Shown: piece after piece, positions 25,819-37,701 of the stretch
Numbering within the stretch: the stretch's first letter is position 1
Layout: each line of letters starts with the position of its first letter
Assembly (NCBI GenBank): GCA_014653985.1
Contig: JACWDT010000006.1
Span: 698-64,697 of the forward strand
Reading direction: 5' to 3'
DNA from: Pelagibacterales bacterium SAG-MED22
GTDB lineage: Bacteria; Pseudomonadota; Alphaproteobacteria; Pelagibacterales; Pelagibacteraceae
DNA length: 64,000 nucleotides
Notes under the pieces: model-generated
Databases searched by the model: none
Told to the model about the DNA's origin: nothing
The model's input: only the letters and a program-made list of their open reading frames with translations
Position numbers and translations under genes: made by a program

Positions 25819-27142
25819 AGATCAAGATAGAATTTTTAAAAATTTGTATAATGATATGGGTGCGGATGTTAAATCTGCTCAGACAAGAGGAGATTGGGTA
25901 AATACTTCAGAATTGATAGCAAAAGGAAGAGATTGGATTATAAATGAAGTAAAAGATTCCCAACTTAGAGGAAGAGGGGGTGCCGGATTTCCTACAGGTT
26001 TAAAATGGTCTTTTGCTCCAAAAGAAGTTGGTTCTAGACCTCATTATTTAGTCATTAATGCTGACGAGTCAGAACCAGGCACGTGTAAAGATAGAGATAT
26101 TTTAAGATTTGAACCTCATAAATTAATTGAGGGATGTTTGATAGCCTCTTATGCAGTTCAAGCTCATGTTTGTTATATTTATATTAGAGGTGAGTATTTT
26201 ATAGAGGGTCAAAAATTACAATCCGCTATAGATGAGGCTTATGAAAAAAATTTAATTGGTAAAAATGCTGCTGGAACTGGATGGGATTTAGATATCTACA
26301 TTCACTATGGAGCAGGTGCTTATATTTGTGGTGAAGAAACGGCTTTACTTGAAAGTATAGAGGGTAAAAAAGGTCAACCAAGACTAAAACCTCCTTTTCC
26401 AGCTTTGATTGGACTTTATGGATGCCCAACAATTATTAACAATGTTGAAACGATAGCTGTTGTTCCAACAATTCTTAGAAGAGGTGGAAAATGGTTTTCC
26501 TCGCTAGGTAGAGAAAAAAATACAGGTACAAAAATTTTTTGTATTTCAGGTAATGTAAATAACCCATGCAATGTAGAGGAAGAGATGAACATACCATTAA
26601 AAGAGTTAATAGAAGATCATGCTGGTGGGGTAATTGGTGGATGGGATAATTTACAAGCAGTAATTCCAGGTGGTTCATCAATGCCACTAATACCAAAAGA
26701 AAAATGTGAGACATTAACCATGGACTTTGATTCATTGATGGCTGAAAAAAGTGGATTAGGAACTGCTGGAATTGTAGTTATTAACAAAGATCAAGACATT
26801 ATTAAATGTATGGCAAGAATAGCTAGATTTTATAAACACGAAAGTTGTGGTCAATGCACCCCATGTAGAGAAGGTTCTGGTTGGATGTGGAGAATGCTAG
26901 AGCGAATGGCAAAAGGGGAGGCTACTAAAGATGAAGTGGATATGCTTGGTGATGTAACAAACCAAATTGCTGGCCATACTATTTGTGCATTTGGCGAAGG
27001 ATCATCATGGCCTGTACAGGGGTTGCTAAGGCACTTTAAAAAAGAAATTGAGGAAAGAAACAATTTAGACCCCATTGTTCAGAAAAAAAATAATATTCCT
27101 TATTTAGTTGACCAACATTTATTAGATAAAAAAAATGCCTAA
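25811..27142 (+). CDS. nuoF: NADH-quinone oxidoreductase subunit F
   Basis: [43 protein letters not shown]. Confidence 0.98.
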   Translation: MLKDQDRIFKNLYNDMGADVKSAQTRGDWVNTSELIAKGRDWIINEVKDSQLRGRGGAGFPTGLKWSFAPKEVGSRPHYLVINADESEPGTCKDRDILRFEPHKLIEGCLIASYAVQAHVCYIYIRGEYFIEGQKLQSAIDEAYEKNLIGKNAAGTGWDLDIYIHYGAGAYICGEETALLESIEGKKGQPRLKPPFPALIGLYGCPTIINNVETIAVVPTILRRGGKWFSSLGREKNTGTKIFCISGNVNNPCNVEEEMNIPLKELIEDHAGGVIGGWDNLQAVIPGGSSMPLIPKEKCETLTMDFDSLMAEKSGLGTAGIVVINKDQDIIKCMARIARFYKHESCGQCTPCREGSGWMWRMLERMAKGEATKDEVDMLGDVTNQIAGHTICAFGEGSSWPVQGLLRHFKKEIEERNNLDPIVQKKNNIPYLVDQHLLDKKNA

Positions 27143-29165
27143 ATTAAAAGTAAATGACATTGAAGTTGAGGTAGAAGAAGGTTTAACAGTTCTACAAGCG
27201 TGTGAAAAAGCTGGAGCAGAAATTCCTAGGTTTTGTTATCACGAAAAATTGTCAATAGCAGGTAATTGTAGAATGTGTTTAGTTGAAATGGAAAAATCTC
27301 CTAAACCAATTGCTTCATGTGCGATGCCTGTTGCTGAGGGAATGAATATTAAAACTAATACTGCTTTTGTTGAAAAGGCTAGAAAAGGAGTTATGGAATT
27401 TTTATTAGCTAATCATCCTTTAGATTGCCCAGTATGTGACCAAGGTGGTGAGTGTGACCTTCAAGACCAGTCAATGTTTTATGGAGTAGATAAATCACGA
27501 TTTAAAGAGAACAAAAGAGCTGTACCAGAAAAACATATGGGACCATTAATTAAGACACAAATGACAAGATGTATACATTGTACTCGATGCGTAAGATTTG
27601 TGACTGAAGTTGCTGGAGTGTCTGAGTTAGGAGCAATTGGTAGAGGAGAGGATATGCAAATAACAACTTATTTAGAGCAGTCAATGCAATCAGAGTTGTC
27701 AGCAAATGTAATAGATCTTTGTCCAGTAGGAGCTCTAACATCAAAACCTTATGTTTTTGAGGCAAGACCTTGGGAACTTAAAAAAACAGAGACTGTCGAT
27801 GTGATGGACGCTGTTGGATCAAATGTAAGAGTAGATACATATGATTGGGAAGTTAAAAGAGTTTTGCCAATAATTAACGAGGATATAAATGAAGAGTGGA
27901 TTTCAGATAAAACAAGATATGCATGTGATGGTTTATTAACCCAAAGATTAGATACACCTTTTATCAAATACAATGGTAAATTTGAAAAAGCATCATGGGA
28001 TGAAGTTTTTAAAATTATTAAATCAAAATTTGAAAATTCATCAAAAGAAAAGATTTGTGGATTTGTTGGAGATTTAACTAATATGGAAACAGGTTATATT
28101 TTTAAAGAGTTTTTTGATAGAACTTTAAACAATAAGAACTACGATTCAAGATCAGATAACAGATTCCTAGATAACTCTGAAAGAGAGAATTATATATTTA
28201 ATTCTTCTATAAATGGAATTGAAGATGCTGATTTAATATTTTTGATTGGAGCAAATCCTAGATATGAAGCTACAATCTTAAATGCTAGAATTAGAAAAGC
28301 TTTTGTAAACAATAATACAAAAGTAATCTCATTGAATGATGTAGGTGATCTAACTTATTCTTATAAGAATTTAGATGGTCAAACCCAAACCTTAAAAACT
28401 ATTTTTGAAGGGTCAGAAGAAATATCTAAAGAAATTATTAGCGCAAGTAAGCCAATGATTATAATTGGTGAATCTTTACTAAAATTTAATTCAGCAGAAC
28501 ACTTATTTAATTTAATTAAAAATTTCTTGAAGAAAAATAATAAATTCACAGAGGATTGGAACCCATTAAACATTTTATCTTGTGATGCGTCAACTGTTGG
28601 TAATTTTGACCTAGGAATATTAAATAACGAAAAAAATTTATTGGAAGAATTAAAATCTAATAAATTCGAAATTGTTTTTTTGGTTGGACAAGATAATTTA
28701 GATTTTAATAAAAAAAATGAATTTGTAATCTATCAAGGGAGTCATGGAGATAAAGGAGCAGAAACTGCAGATATAATTTTACCAGGAGCAGCTTATACAG
28801 AACAAGATGGTTATTTTACAAATCTAGAGGGTAAAATGCAAAAAGCATATAAAGCATCTTACCCTCCAGGAGAAGCTAAAGAAGATTGGCAAATTATAAA
28901 TGAATTAGCTGAAGTCATGAATAATCGTAAATTATTTAATGATAAAGAGGAATTAGAAAGTAGCATGTTTAATTACCTAAAACTTCAACAAGAAAAACGA
29001 ATAACTAATATTAAAGAAAAAACAAATTTAGAATTTCAAAATGAAAAATTAAATATTCAATTAAAAGATTATTATTTTTCAAATGTTATTGCTAGATCCT
29101 CAAAAACTATGGTTGAATGTAACAACTCTAAATTAAATATCAAATCAACAGGAACTGAGGGGTAG
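27135..29165 (+). CDS. nuoG: NADH-quinone oxidoreductase subunit G
   Basis: [37 protein letters not shown]. Confidence 0.98.
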   Translation: MPKLKVNDIEVEVEEGLTVLQACEKAGAEIPRFCYHEKLSIAGNCRMCLVEMEKSPKPIASCAMPVAEGMNIKTNTAFVEKARKGVMEFLLANHPLDCPVCDQGGECDLQDQSMFYGVDKSRFKENKRAVPEKHMGPLIKTQMTRCIHCTRCVRFVTEVAGVSELGAIGRGEDMQITTYLEQSMQSELSANVIDLCPVGALTSKPYVFEARPWELKKTETVDVMDAVGSNVRVDTYDWEVKRVLPIINEDINEEWISDKTRYACDGLLTQRLDTPFIKYNGKFEKASWDEVFKIIKSKFENSSKEKICGFVGDLTNMETGYIFKEFFDRTLNNKNYDSRSDNRFLDNSERENYIFNSSINGIEDADLIFLIGANPRYEATILNARIRKAFVNNNTKVISLNDVGDLTYSYKNLDGQTQTLKTIFEGSEEISKEIISASKPMIIIGESLLKFNSAEHLFNLIKNFLKKNNKFTEDWNPLNILSCDASTVGNFDLGILNNEKNLLEELKSNKFEIVFLVGQDNLDFNKKNEFVIYQGSHGDKGAETADIILPGAAYTEQDGYFTNLEGKMQKAYKASYPPGEAKEDWQIINELAEVMNNRKLFNDKEELESSMFNYLKLQQEKRITNIKEKTNLEFQNEKLNIQLKDYYFSNVIARSSKTMVECNNSKLNIKSTGTEG

Positions 29166-30164
29166 ATGGAATATTTAAGTATATTATTTGATCAAGTTTA
29201 TAAAATTCTTTTTTTATTAATCCCAGTTTTAGTATCTGTTGCCATGGTAGTTTGGCTTGATCGGAGGGTGTGGGCGTTTGTTCAAAAGAGACAAGGGCCA
29301 AATGTAGTTGGACCGTTCGGTCTTTTACAAACTATTGCTGACGCATTAAAGTATATTTTTAAAGAAATCATAATCCCATCAAGTTCGAATAAAGTAATTT
29401 TTATTCTTGCACCAATTGTAACAATGACACTAGCTTTAATTGCTTGGGCAGTAATTCCATTTAGCGCAACGCAAGTGTTAGCTGATATAAATGTTGGTAT
29501 TCTTTATTTATTTGCTGTTTCATCTCTAGGTGTTTATGGAATTATAATGGGTGGATGGGCTTCAAATTCTAAATATCCTTTCTTGGGAGCAATTAGATCT
29601 GCAGCTCAAATGGTATCTTATGAGGTATCTATTGGAGTGATAATTATTAATGTTCTTCTGTGTGTAGGATCACTTAATTTAAATGATATTGTTATAGCTC
29701 AACAAAACTTGTGGTTTGTTATTCCGTTATTCCCGATGTTTGTTATTTTTTTCATTTCTGCATTAGCTGAAACGAATAGACCACCATTTGACCTTCCAGA
29801 AGCAGAAGCAGAACTGGTCGCTGGTTATCAAACAGAATATTCAGGAATGATGTATGCAATGTTCTGGCTTGGTGAATATGCAAATATTCTTTTAATGTGT
29901 GCAATTGGCGCAATTTTATTTTTGGGCGGATGGCTATCTCCACTGGAAATTTATCCTTTTACTTTAGTGCCTGGGCCTGTGTGGTTAGTATTAAAGATAT
30001 TACTATTATTTTTGTTGTTTGCTTTAGTTAAAGCAATTGTTCCAAGATACAGATATGACCAACTAATGAAATTAGGTTGGAAAGTATTCTTACCATTATC
30101 TTTAATATGGGTAGTATTAACAGCCAGCTATCTATTTTATTTTAATCTTCTACCGGTAAATTAA
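29166..30164 (+). CDS. nuoH: NADH-quinone oxidoreductase subunit H
   Basis: [24 protein letters not shown]. Confidence 0.98.
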   Translation: MEYLSILFDQVYKILFLLIPVLVSVAMVVWLDRRVWAFVQKRQGPNVVGPFGLLQTIADALKYIFKEIIIPSSSNKVIFILAPIVTMTLALIAWAVIPFSATQVLADINVGILYLFAVSSLGVYGIIMGGWASNSKYPFLGAIRSAAQMVSYEVSIGVIIINVLLCVGSLNLNDIVIAQQNLWFVIPLFPMFVIFFISALAETNRPPFDLPEAEAELVAGYQTEYSGMMYAMFWLGEYANILLMCAIGAILFLGGWLSPLEIYPFTLVPGPVWLVLKILLLFLLFALVKAIVPRYRYDQLMKLGWKVFLPLSLIWVVLTASYLFYFNLLPVN

Positions 30165-30166
30165 TT

Positions 30167-30652
30167 ATGAAAATATCAAGATTTTTTAAAACCATATTCA
30201 TGGCAGACTTTGCGAGTGGTCTATACATGGCTGTGAAAGAGGTATTTAAATCAAAAAAAACAATAAATTATCCATTCGAAAAAGGTAAGATAAGTCCTCG
30301 TTTTAGAGGAGAACATGCATTAAGAAGATATCCAAATGGTGAAGAGAGGTGTATTGCATGTAAATTATGCGAAGCCGTTTGTCCAGCTCAGGCCATAACG
30401 ATTGAATCAACTCAAAGAGAAGATGGAAGTAGAAAAACGACTCGTTATGACATTGACATGATGAAATGTATTTATTGTGGATTATGCGAAGAATCTTGTC
30501 CTGTAGACGCTATAGTTCAGGGTCCAAACTTTGAATTTTCAACTGAAACAAGAGAAGAACTTTATTACACAAAGGATAAACTGCTAGATAACGGTGATAG
30601 ATGGGAAAATATTTTAGAGGCTAATATTAAAGCCGACAGTTCTCATAGATAA
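30167..30652 (+). CDS. nuoI: NADH-quinone oxidoreductase subunit I
   Basis: [12 protein letters not shown] and [12 protein letters not shown] (2x4Fe-4S). Confidence 0.98.
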   Translation: MKISRFFKTIFMADFASGLYMAVKEVFKSKKTINYPFEKGKISPRFRGEHALRRYPNGEERCIACKLCEAVCPAQAITIESTQREDGSRKTTRYDIDMMKCIYCGLCEESCPVDAIVQGPNFEFSTETREELYYTKDKLLDNGDRWENILEANIKADSSHR

Positions 30653-30655
30653 AAA

Positions 30656-31288
30656 ATGATCGCACACTCCATTTTCTTTTATACATTTTCAATCATAGCT
30701 ATTGTCTCTGCAATAATGGTTACTGCTTCCAAAAATACAGTACACTCTGTTTTTTTTTTAATCCTAGATTTCATAAGTATTTCATGTCTTTTTATTATGA
30801 TTGGGGCAGAGTTTTTAGGGATGATTATGCTAATTGTTTATGTAGGAGCTGTAGCGGTTTTATTTTTGTTTGTTGTAATGATGTTAAATGTTGCTCAACA
30901 AAAAAATCAGTGGTTTTCATCTGAAGAAAGTTCAAAACATATTCCTGTAGGCCTGATAATAAGCACTCTTATATTTGTTGAGCTAATAATCGTTGTTGGT
31001 GGCTGGAAATATAAACCAGATTTGTTTGACATAAATAATTCAATTGAAATTAATAACGTAAGTAACACTCATTCTTTAGGACAAGTGTTATATACTGACT
31101 ATATTCATATCTTTCAAATTAGTGGCATGATTTTATTAGTTGCTATGATTGGAGCAATTGTACTTACTTTTAGAAAAAGAGTGGGTGTAAAAACACAAAG
31201 CTATATAAAGCAAATTTCAAGAGAGAGATCCGATGGTGTAAGCGTTGTTAAAGTTGAGTCTAACAAAGGAGTTAGGATTGATGACTGA
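30656..31288 (+). CDS. nuoJ: NADH-quinone oxidoreductase subunit J
   Basis: [23 protein letters not shown]. Confidence 0.97.
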   Translation: MIAHSIFFYTFSIIAIVSAIMVTASKNTVHSVFFLILDFISISCLFIMIGAEFLGMIMLIVYVGAVAVLFLFVVMMLNVAQQKNQWFSSEESSKHIPVGLIISTLIFVELIIVVGGWKYKPDLFDINNSIEINNVSNTHSLGQVLYTDYIHIFQISGMILLVAMIGAIVLTFRKRVGVKTQSYIKQISRERSDGVSVVKVESNKGVRIDD

Positions 31289-31592
31289 AATAGGCTTGGG
31301 GCATTACTTAACACTAGGAGCAATTATATTTTCAATTGGAATTATTGGTATATTTTTAAATAGAAAAAATATTATTGTTATATTGATGAGCATAGAATTA
31401 ATATTATTAGCTGTTAATATTAATTTAGTATCTTTTTCAATTTTTCTAGGAGATCTAACCGGCCAGGTATTTACATTATTTATTTTAACAGTAGCTGCAG
31501 CAGAGGCAGCTATAGGACTTGCAATTATCGTAGTTTATTATCGAAATTCAGGGACTATTAGAGTTGAGCACATAGATAATTTGAAAGGATAA
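31281..31592 (+). CDS. nuoK: NADH-quinone oxidoreductase subunit K (start corrected to ATG 31281)
   Basis: [24 protein letters not shown]. Confidence 0.97.
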   Translation: MTEIGLGHYLTLGAIIFSIGIIGIFLNRKNIIVILMSIELILLAVNINLVSFSIFLGDLTGQVFTLFILTVAAAEAAIGLAIIVVYYRNSGTIRVEHIDNLKG

Positions 31593-31594
31593 GA

Positions 31595-33508
31595 ATGGAA
31601 CTTTCAATTATATTCCTTCCATTAATCGCATCAATAATATCAGGCTTCTTCGGTAAATTTATTGGTGATAGGAATTCAGTAATAGTTACTAGTACTTTAG
31701 TTTCAATTTCTGCTTTGATATCAATTTTTGTTTTATACCAAGTTATAGTAAATCAATACGAAGAAAATATAGTAATCGCAACTTGGATCAATTCAGGTTC
31801 ATTAGATGTAAATTGGTCAATGTTAATCGATCCCGTATCAGCTGTAATGTTGGTTGTGGTTACTTCTGTATCTTCTTTGGTTCATATTTATTCAATTGGA
31901 TATATGTCCCACGATCCTCATAAACCAAGATTTATGGCGTATTTATCTCTGTTTACATTTGCAATGTTAATGCTTGTAACCTCAGATAATTTTGTTCAAT
32001 TGTTTTTTGGTTGGGAGGGAGTAGGTTTATGTTCATATTTCTTAATAGGTTTTTGGTTTAAAAAAGAAAGTGCTAATGCAGCAGCGATAAAAGCATTTGT
32101 TGTAAACAGAGTTGGAGATTTTGGATTTGCTTTAGGAATATTTTTAATATTTTATTTATTTGGTACAGTAAATTACTCTGAAGTTTTTCAACAAATACCA
32201 ACAGTTGTTGATAAAAATTTATTGTTTTTAGGATTTGAAATTAAAGCAATAGATTTGATTTGCTTACTTTTATTTATTGGTGCGATGGGTAAGTCAGCTC
32301 AAATTTTATTGCATACCTGGTTGCCAGATGCAATGGAAGGTCCAACTCCAGTTTCTGCATTAATACATGCAGCTACCATGGTCACAGCAGGAGTTTTTTT
32401 GGTAGTAAGATGTTCTCCTATTTATGAATATTCACCCTTAATACTAAATTTAATAACTATCGTTGGAATGTCTACAGCTTTTTTTGCAGCAACAGTAGCT
32501 TTAGTACAAACTGATATAAAAAAAATTATTGCATATTCCACTTGTAGCCAATTAGGATACATGTTTTTTGCTGCCGGTGTTGGTGCTTATAATGTTGCGA
32601 TGTTCCATTTGTTTACTCATGCTTTCTTTAAAGCATTATTATTCTTAGGTTCTGGCTCTGTGATTCATGCTTTTAAAGATGAGCAAGATATAAATAAAAT
32701 GGGAGGAGTTTGGAAAAAATTACCTTACACTTATGCTTTAATGATAATTGGAACACTTGCATTAACTGGTTTTCCTTTCTTATCAGGTTTTTACTCAAAA
32801 GATGCAATAATAGAATTTGCTTATCTTAGAGGTAATACCACAGGTTATTATGCAGCTGGTATAGGAATACTAACTGCACTTTTAACGTCAATATATTCTT
32901 GGAGATTAATATTTAAGACTTTCCATGGAGAATATAATAACAAAGAAATAAAAATAGAGGAAACTCATGAATCTCCAATGGTAATGCTTATTCCTTTATT
33001 TATTCTTTCTATTGGGGCAATTTTTGCAGGCTTTTTATTTAAAGGGCTTTTTATTGGTAGTGGCGATGAAAATTATTTTTGGGCAGAGTCTATAAAATTT
33101 TTAGAACCCTTAAGCACTGATCATCTACCTACATGGTTTTTACTTTTAACACCTTGTCTAGTAACAATATCAATTCCTATTGCCTATTATCTATTTGTTA
33201 AAAATAAAGAAATTCCAAATGGAATAGTATCGATGAATAAACCTTTATATAAGTTTTTAGTTAACAAATGGTACTTCGATGAATTGTATGAAGTTTTGTT
33301 CATTAAATCATCAAAGCGTTTAGGTTTATTTTTGTGGAAATTTTTTGATGGCACAATAATTGATGGATTTGGCCCAGATGGAATTTCATCTTTTATAAAA
33401 AAATGCTCTATTAAAGCAAATAAATTTCAAAGTGGATTTATTTATCAATATGCATTCGTAATGCTCGTGGGTTTTTCTGCTTTTTTAACTTTTTTAATTG
33501 TAAGATAA
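31595..33508 (+). CDS. nuoL: NADH-quinone oxidoreductase subunit L
   Basis: GWEGVGLCSY, WLPDAMEGPTPVSALIHAATMV, HLFTHAFFKALLF. Confidence 0.98.
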   Translation: MELSIIFLPLIASIISGFFGKFIGDRNSVIVTSTLVSISALISIFVLYQVIVNQYEENIVIATWINSGSLDVNWSMLIDPVSAVMLVVVTSVSSLVHIYSIGYMSHDPHKPRFMAYLSLFTFAMLMLVTSDNFVQLFFGWEGVGLCSYFLIGFWFKKESANAAAIKAFVVNRVGDFGFALGIFLIFYLFGTVNYSEVFQQIPTVVDKNLLFLGFEIKAIDLICLLLFIGAMGKSAQILLHTWLPDAMEGPTPVSALIHAATMVTAGVFLVVRCSPIYEYSPLILNLITIVGMSTAFFAATVALVQTDIKKIIAYSTCSQLGYMFFAAGVGAYNVAMFHLFTHAFFKALLFLGSGSVIHAFKDEQDINKMGGVWKKLPYTYALMIIGTLALTGFPFLSGFYSKDAIIEFAYLRGNTTGYYAAGIGILTALLTSIYSWRLIFKTFHGEYNNKEIKIEETHESPMVMLIPLFILSIGAIFAGFLFKGLFIGSGDENYFWAESIKFLEPLSTDHLPTWFLLLTPCLVTISIPIAYYLFVKNKEIPNGIVSMNKPLYKFLVNKWYFDELYEVLFIKSSKRLGLFLWKFFDGTIIDGFGPDGISSFIKKCSIKANKFQSGFIYQYAFVMLVGFSAFLTFLIVR

Positions 33509-34989
33509 TGGACTTTCCTATTTTATCATCTCTAATTTTACTACCAATAGTTGGAGCACTCTTTTTATTTTTTACAAAAGATAAAGATGGAAATAATTTA
33601 ACAGCAAAATATGTTGCTTTATTTGTAACAATTGTAAATTTTTTAATTTCAATTTATTTGTGGATATCTTTTGATCAAACAACCTCATCCTTTCAATTTG
33701 TTGAGGAAAGAGTCTGGATAAAAGATTTTATTAATTACAAAGTCGGAGTAGACGGAATTTCAATTTTATTTATTTTATTAACAGCTTTTATAACACCTCT
33801 GTGTATTGTTTCTGTAAATAATACTGTCAAAAATAGATTAAGAGATTTCTTAATTGCAATATTAATCATGGAAAGTTTCATGATTGGAGTTTTCTGTGCT
33901 CTTGATTTAGTTGTTTTTTATCTATTCTTTGAAGCTGGATTAATTCCAATGTTTTTAATAATAGGTATTTGGGGAGGTCCAAAAAGAGTTTACTCAGCAT
34001 TCAAATTTTTTCTATACACATTGCTAGGATCTGTTTTGATGTTAGTTGCTATAATATCAATATACTGGATATCAGGTACTACAGATGTAATTAAACTTTA
34101 TGAGCTAGGCATTGATGCAAAATACCAAAATTTACTATGGCTAGCATTCTTCAGTTCTTTTGCTGTCAAAACCCCGATGTGGCCAGTTCATACATGGTTA
34201 CCAGATGCACATGTCGAGGCACCTACAGCAGGATCTGTTCTTTTAGCTGCAATATTACTTAAAATGGCAGGGTATGGTTTCATTAGATTTTCCCTTGGAC
34301 TATTTCCTTTGGCATCAGAAGTTTTTACACCATTAGTTTATACGTTAAGTGTAATAGCAATTATTTTCACTTCTTTCATAGCTTTAATGCAAGAAGATAT
34401 GAAAAAGTTAATTGCGTATTCATCTGTTGCACACATGGGTTTCGTTACCCTTGGGATTTTTACCCTGCAACAACAAGGTATAGAAGGTAGTATTATTCAA
34501 ATGTTAAGCCACGGACTTGTTTCGGCAGCATTATTTTTATGTGTTGGTGTTGTCTACGATAGAATGCACTCAAGACTAATTAAATCATATGGTGGTATAG
34601 TTACAATCATACCAAAGTACTCCATTTTATTTATGTTATTTACATTAGCTGCATTAGGATTACCTGGTACTTTTGGTTTTGTAGGTGAATTTTTAATATT
34701 AATGGGAGCTTTTAAAGATAATTTTTTGGTAGCAGTTATTGCAAGTTTTGGAGTAATTTTAGGAGCTGCTTATATGTTGTGGCTTTATAAAAGAGTCGTT
34801 TTTGGAAAACTAGTTAATGAAGATTTAAAACAAATGGTAGATTTAAATAGATCTGAGTATTTAATATTAATATGCCTAGCGGTCCCAACACTATTTTTTG
34901 GATTTTATCCTGAGCCACTATTTAACACTATAGAGGTTTCAGTATCAGATTTAATCAATATGCATAAATTAAATATAGCAAGCAAGTAG
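33508..34989 (+). CDS. nuoM: NADH-quinone oxidoreductase subunit M
   Basis: FFEAGLIPM, HTWLPDAHVEAPTAGS, AYSSVAHMG. Confidence 0.98.
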   Translation: MDFPILSSLILLPIVGALFLFFTKDKDGNNLTAKYVALFVTIVNFLISIYLWISFDQTTSSFQFVEERVWIKDFINYKVGVDGISILFILLTAFITPLCIVSVNNTVKNRLRDFLIAILIMESFMIGVFCALDLVVFYLFFEAGLIPMFLIIGIWGGPKRVYSAFKFFLYTLLGSVLMLVAIISIYWISGTTDVIKLYELGIDAKYQNLLWLAFFSSFAVKTPMWPVHTWLPDAHVEAPTAGSVLLAAILLKMAGYGFIRFSLGLFPLASEVFTPLVYTLSVIAIIFTSFIALMQEDMKKLIAYSSVAHMGFVTLGIFTLQQQGIEGSIIQMLSHGLVSAALFLCVGVVYDRMHSRLIKSYGGIVTIIPKYSILFMLFTLAALGLPGTFGFVGEFLILMGAFKDNFLVAVIASFGVILGAAYMLWLYKRVVFGKLVNEDLKQMVDLNRSEYLILICLAVPTLFFGFYPEPLFNTIEVSVSDLINMHKLNIASK

Positions 34990-34990
34990 T

Positions 34991-36409
34991 ATGAATAATC
35001 TTAATTTAGTCTTTCCTGAAATATTTATTTCTTTATCAGTAATGTTTTTATTGATTTTAGGAGTTTTTAAAAAAGATAGTTCACAATTAACTTTTAATTT
35101 ATCTTTAGTCACAATTTTGGTTGCAATAATTCTTACTGTTAACGAAACTTTTTCAGTTAACAGAATTACTTTATTTAATGAAAGTATTGTTATTGACCAA
35201 ATGGCTTCATTAATGAAAATTATAACACTGATAGGTGCTTTTTTAGTTTTAGGTATTTCATCTAGTTATCTCAAATCATTTAAAATTTTTAAAATCGAGT
35301 ATCCGATTTTAATATTGAGTTCTGTATTAGGAATGATGATAATGATCAGCTCTAATGATCTTATGGCTTTTTATATGGGATTAGAATTGCAATCTCTGGC
35401 TCTTTATGTTTTGGCAACTTTTAATAGAGACCAACTAAAGTCATCTGAAGCTGGATTAAAATATTTTGTGCTAAGTGCACTTTCATCTGGTCTATTATTA
35501 TATGGTTGTTCATTAATTTATGGTTTTTCTGGATCAACAAATTTTGATGTAATTGCAAATCAACTTACCTCAAATGAGTATGCTTTAACATTTGGTATTG
35601 TATTTATATTAGTTGGTTTAGCATTCAAAATTTCTGCAGTTCCATTTCATATGTGGGCACCGGATGTTTATGAAGGGTCTCCAACAACAGTAACACTCTT
35701 CTTTACAATGGTACCTAAAATTGCAGCTCTTACTGTGTTCATAAGATTTTTATATGTTCCATTTTTAAATCTAATAGATCAGTGGCAGATGATTATTGTC
35801 TTTTTATCTATAGCTTCTATGATATTTGGAGCAATCGCAGCAATAGGTCAAACTAATATTAAAAGACTTGTAGCTTATAGCTCAATTGGACATATTGGAT
35901 ATACTTTAGCGGGTTTGGCTAGTGGCTCTAATGATGGAATTCAAAGTTCAATAATATACATTTCTATATATGTGGTAATGAATTTAGCTCTTTTTTCATG
36001 TTTATTGATGTTAAAAAGAAATGACCAATACTATGAGGATATTGATGACCTTTCAGGGCTTTCAAAAAACCACCCACTATTGTCATTATCTTTATTAATA
36101 ATATTATTCTCGCTTGCTGGGATACCACCCTTAGCCGGTTTCTTTGCAAAATTCTACGTATTTAAAGCTGTAATTGAACAATCTATGTACTTCTTAGCAA
36201 TAGTTGGATTACTATCAACTGTAATTGCAGCATTTTATTATCTAAGAATTATAAAAATAATTTATTTTGATAAAGAAAAAGAAAAATATGACTCAGATCA
36301 TGGAATATGGTTAAAATTTTCACTTACTTTTTCAACAATATTAATTCTTTTATACTTCATATTTCCTAGTCAATTAATTGAGGTAGTTTCAAGAATTATT
36401 ATTATTTAA
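34991..36409 (+). CDS. nuoN: NADH-quinone oxidoreductase subunit N
   Basis: SEAGLKYF, FKISAVPFHMWAPDVYEG, LAGIPPLAGFFAK. Confidence 0.98.
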   Translation: MNNLNLVFPEIFISLSVMFLLILGVFKKDSSQLTFNLSLVTILVAIILTVNETFSVNRITLFNESIVIDQMASLMKIITLIGAFLVLGISSSYLKSFKIFKIEYPILILSSVLGMMIMISSNDLMAFYMGLELQSLALYVLATFNRDQLKSSEAGLKYFVLSALSSGLLLYGCSLIYGFSGSTNFDVIANQLTSNEYALTFGIVFILVGLAFKISAVPFHMWAPDVYEGSPTTVTLFFTMVPKIAALTVFIRFLYVPFLNLIDQWQMIIVFLSIASMIFGAIAAIGQTNIKRLVAYSSIGHIGYTLAGLASGSNDGIQSSIIYISIYVVMNLALFSCLLMLKRNDQYYEDIDDLSGLSKNHPLLSLSLLIILFSLAGIPPLAGFFAKFYVFKAVIEQSMYFLAIVGLLSTVIAAFYYLRIIKIIYFDKEKEKYDSDHGIWLKFSLTFSTILILLYFIFPSQLIEVVSRIIII

Positions 36410-36954
36410 TGAAATTCAAAAAATTTAAATTTAAAAAAGTTAGAAGTACTAACAATACTGCTATTAGAATAATAAAAAAAACTAATTGTAAATATGGAAT
36501 GGTAATCTCAGAGTCTCAAACAAATGGCAAAGGTCAATATGGTAGAAAGTGGATTTCACATAAAGGAAATTTGTTTGTAACTTTCTTCCATGAATTAAAT
36601 AAAATTAAATTATCTATAGCAACAATTACAAAATTAAATTGTTTATTGATAAAAAAATTAATATCAAAATATACTAATAAAAAAATTTTTTATAAAAAAC
36701 CAAATGATCTTTTGATTGAAAAGAAAAAAATATGTGGAATCTTGCAAGAAATAATTTTTATGCAGAATAAAAAGTACCTTATTACAGGAATAGGTATAAA
36801 TATAAATAAAAGTCCTTTTATAAAAAATTGCCCAACTACTAATTTAAATGAGTTAACAAATAAGCATATTAAAATTAAAGAAATAGAAAAATCATTAAAG
36901 CAAATTTTTGAAAACAATTTATTAAAAATATATAATCTTAAGGTTAATAATTAA
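36409..36954 (+). CDS. birA: Biotin-protein ligase, minimal catalytic domain only
   Basis: STN, QTNGKGQYGRKW, KKPNDL, KICGIL, GIGIN. Canonical position after nuoN. Confidence 0.88.
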   Translation: MKFKKFKFKKVRSTNNTAIRIIKKTNCKYGMVISESQTNGKGQYGRKWISHKGNLFVTFFHELNKIKLSIATITKLNCLLIKKLISKYTNKKIFYKKPNDLLIEKKKICGILQEIIFMQNKKYLITGIGININKSPFIKNCPTTNLNELTNKHIKIKEIEKSLKQIFENNLLKIYNLKVNN

Positions 36955-37700
36955 TGTATATTTTAGGTGATATAGGAAATACTGAAACTAAAATTTGGTT
37001 AATTTCCAAAAAAAATAAAATTATTAAAAAAATAATCTTTTCATCAAAAGAAATAACAATTAATAAATTATCAAAAATATTTAAAAAAAATAATTTTAAA
37101 TTTAATTATATTGAAAAAATTCTCTTCTGTAGTGTTGTACCGCAAACTTTTAATTTAATAAAAAAATTTCTATCTAAAAAAACTAATAGAAAATGTTTTG
37201 AAATTAAAAATTTAAATTTAAAATCCTTAATTAAAATTAAAGTTGATTACAAGCAAGTAGGCTCTGATAGAATAACTAATGCAATTAGTTTAATGAATGG
37301 TAAAAATAACTATATTATTTTAGATTTTGGTACCGCTACAACATTTGATGTTTTAGTTCAAAATACTTACTATGGTGGAATTATTGCGCCAGGTGTTAAA
37401 TTATCACTTAATTCTTTATCCGACAAAGCAACGCTCATACCTAAGATTAATTTAAAAAAAATAACCAAAGTTATTGGAAACAATACAATCTCAGCTGTTA
37501 GGTCAGGTTTTTTCTGGGGGTATGCAGGTTTAATTGACAATATTATTTATTTAATTAAGAAAGAAACCAGAAAAACCTTTAAAATAATTATTACTGGAGG
37601 ATTTTCTAATTTATTTAAAAACTCAATAAAAACGAAAGTTAGTCAAAATCAAGATATTACAGTTAAAGGTCTAATTAAAATTTCAAGGTTAATTAAATAA
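36954..37700 (+). CDS. coaX: Type III pantothenate kinase
   Basis: DIGNTETK, VGSDR, DFGTATTFD, GGIIAPG, TGG. Confidence 0.93.
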   Translation: MYILGDIGNTETKIWLISKKNKIIKKIIFSSKEITINKLSKIFKKNNFKFNYIEKILFCSVVPQTFNLIKKFLSKKTNRKCFEIKNLNLKSLIKIKVDYKQVGSDRITNAISLMNGKNNYIILDFGTATTFDVLVQNTYYGGIIAPGVKLSLNSLSDKATLIPKINLKKITKVIGNNTISAVRSGFFWGYAGLIDNIIYLIKKETRKTFKIIITGGFSNLFKNSIKTKVSQNQDITVKGLIKISRLIK

Positions 37701-37701
37701 T

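Noticed and set aside
31245-31280. N-terminal extension of nuoK in the ORF track
   Set aside because: It overlaps nuoJ. ATG 31281 gives a normal 103-aa NuoK.
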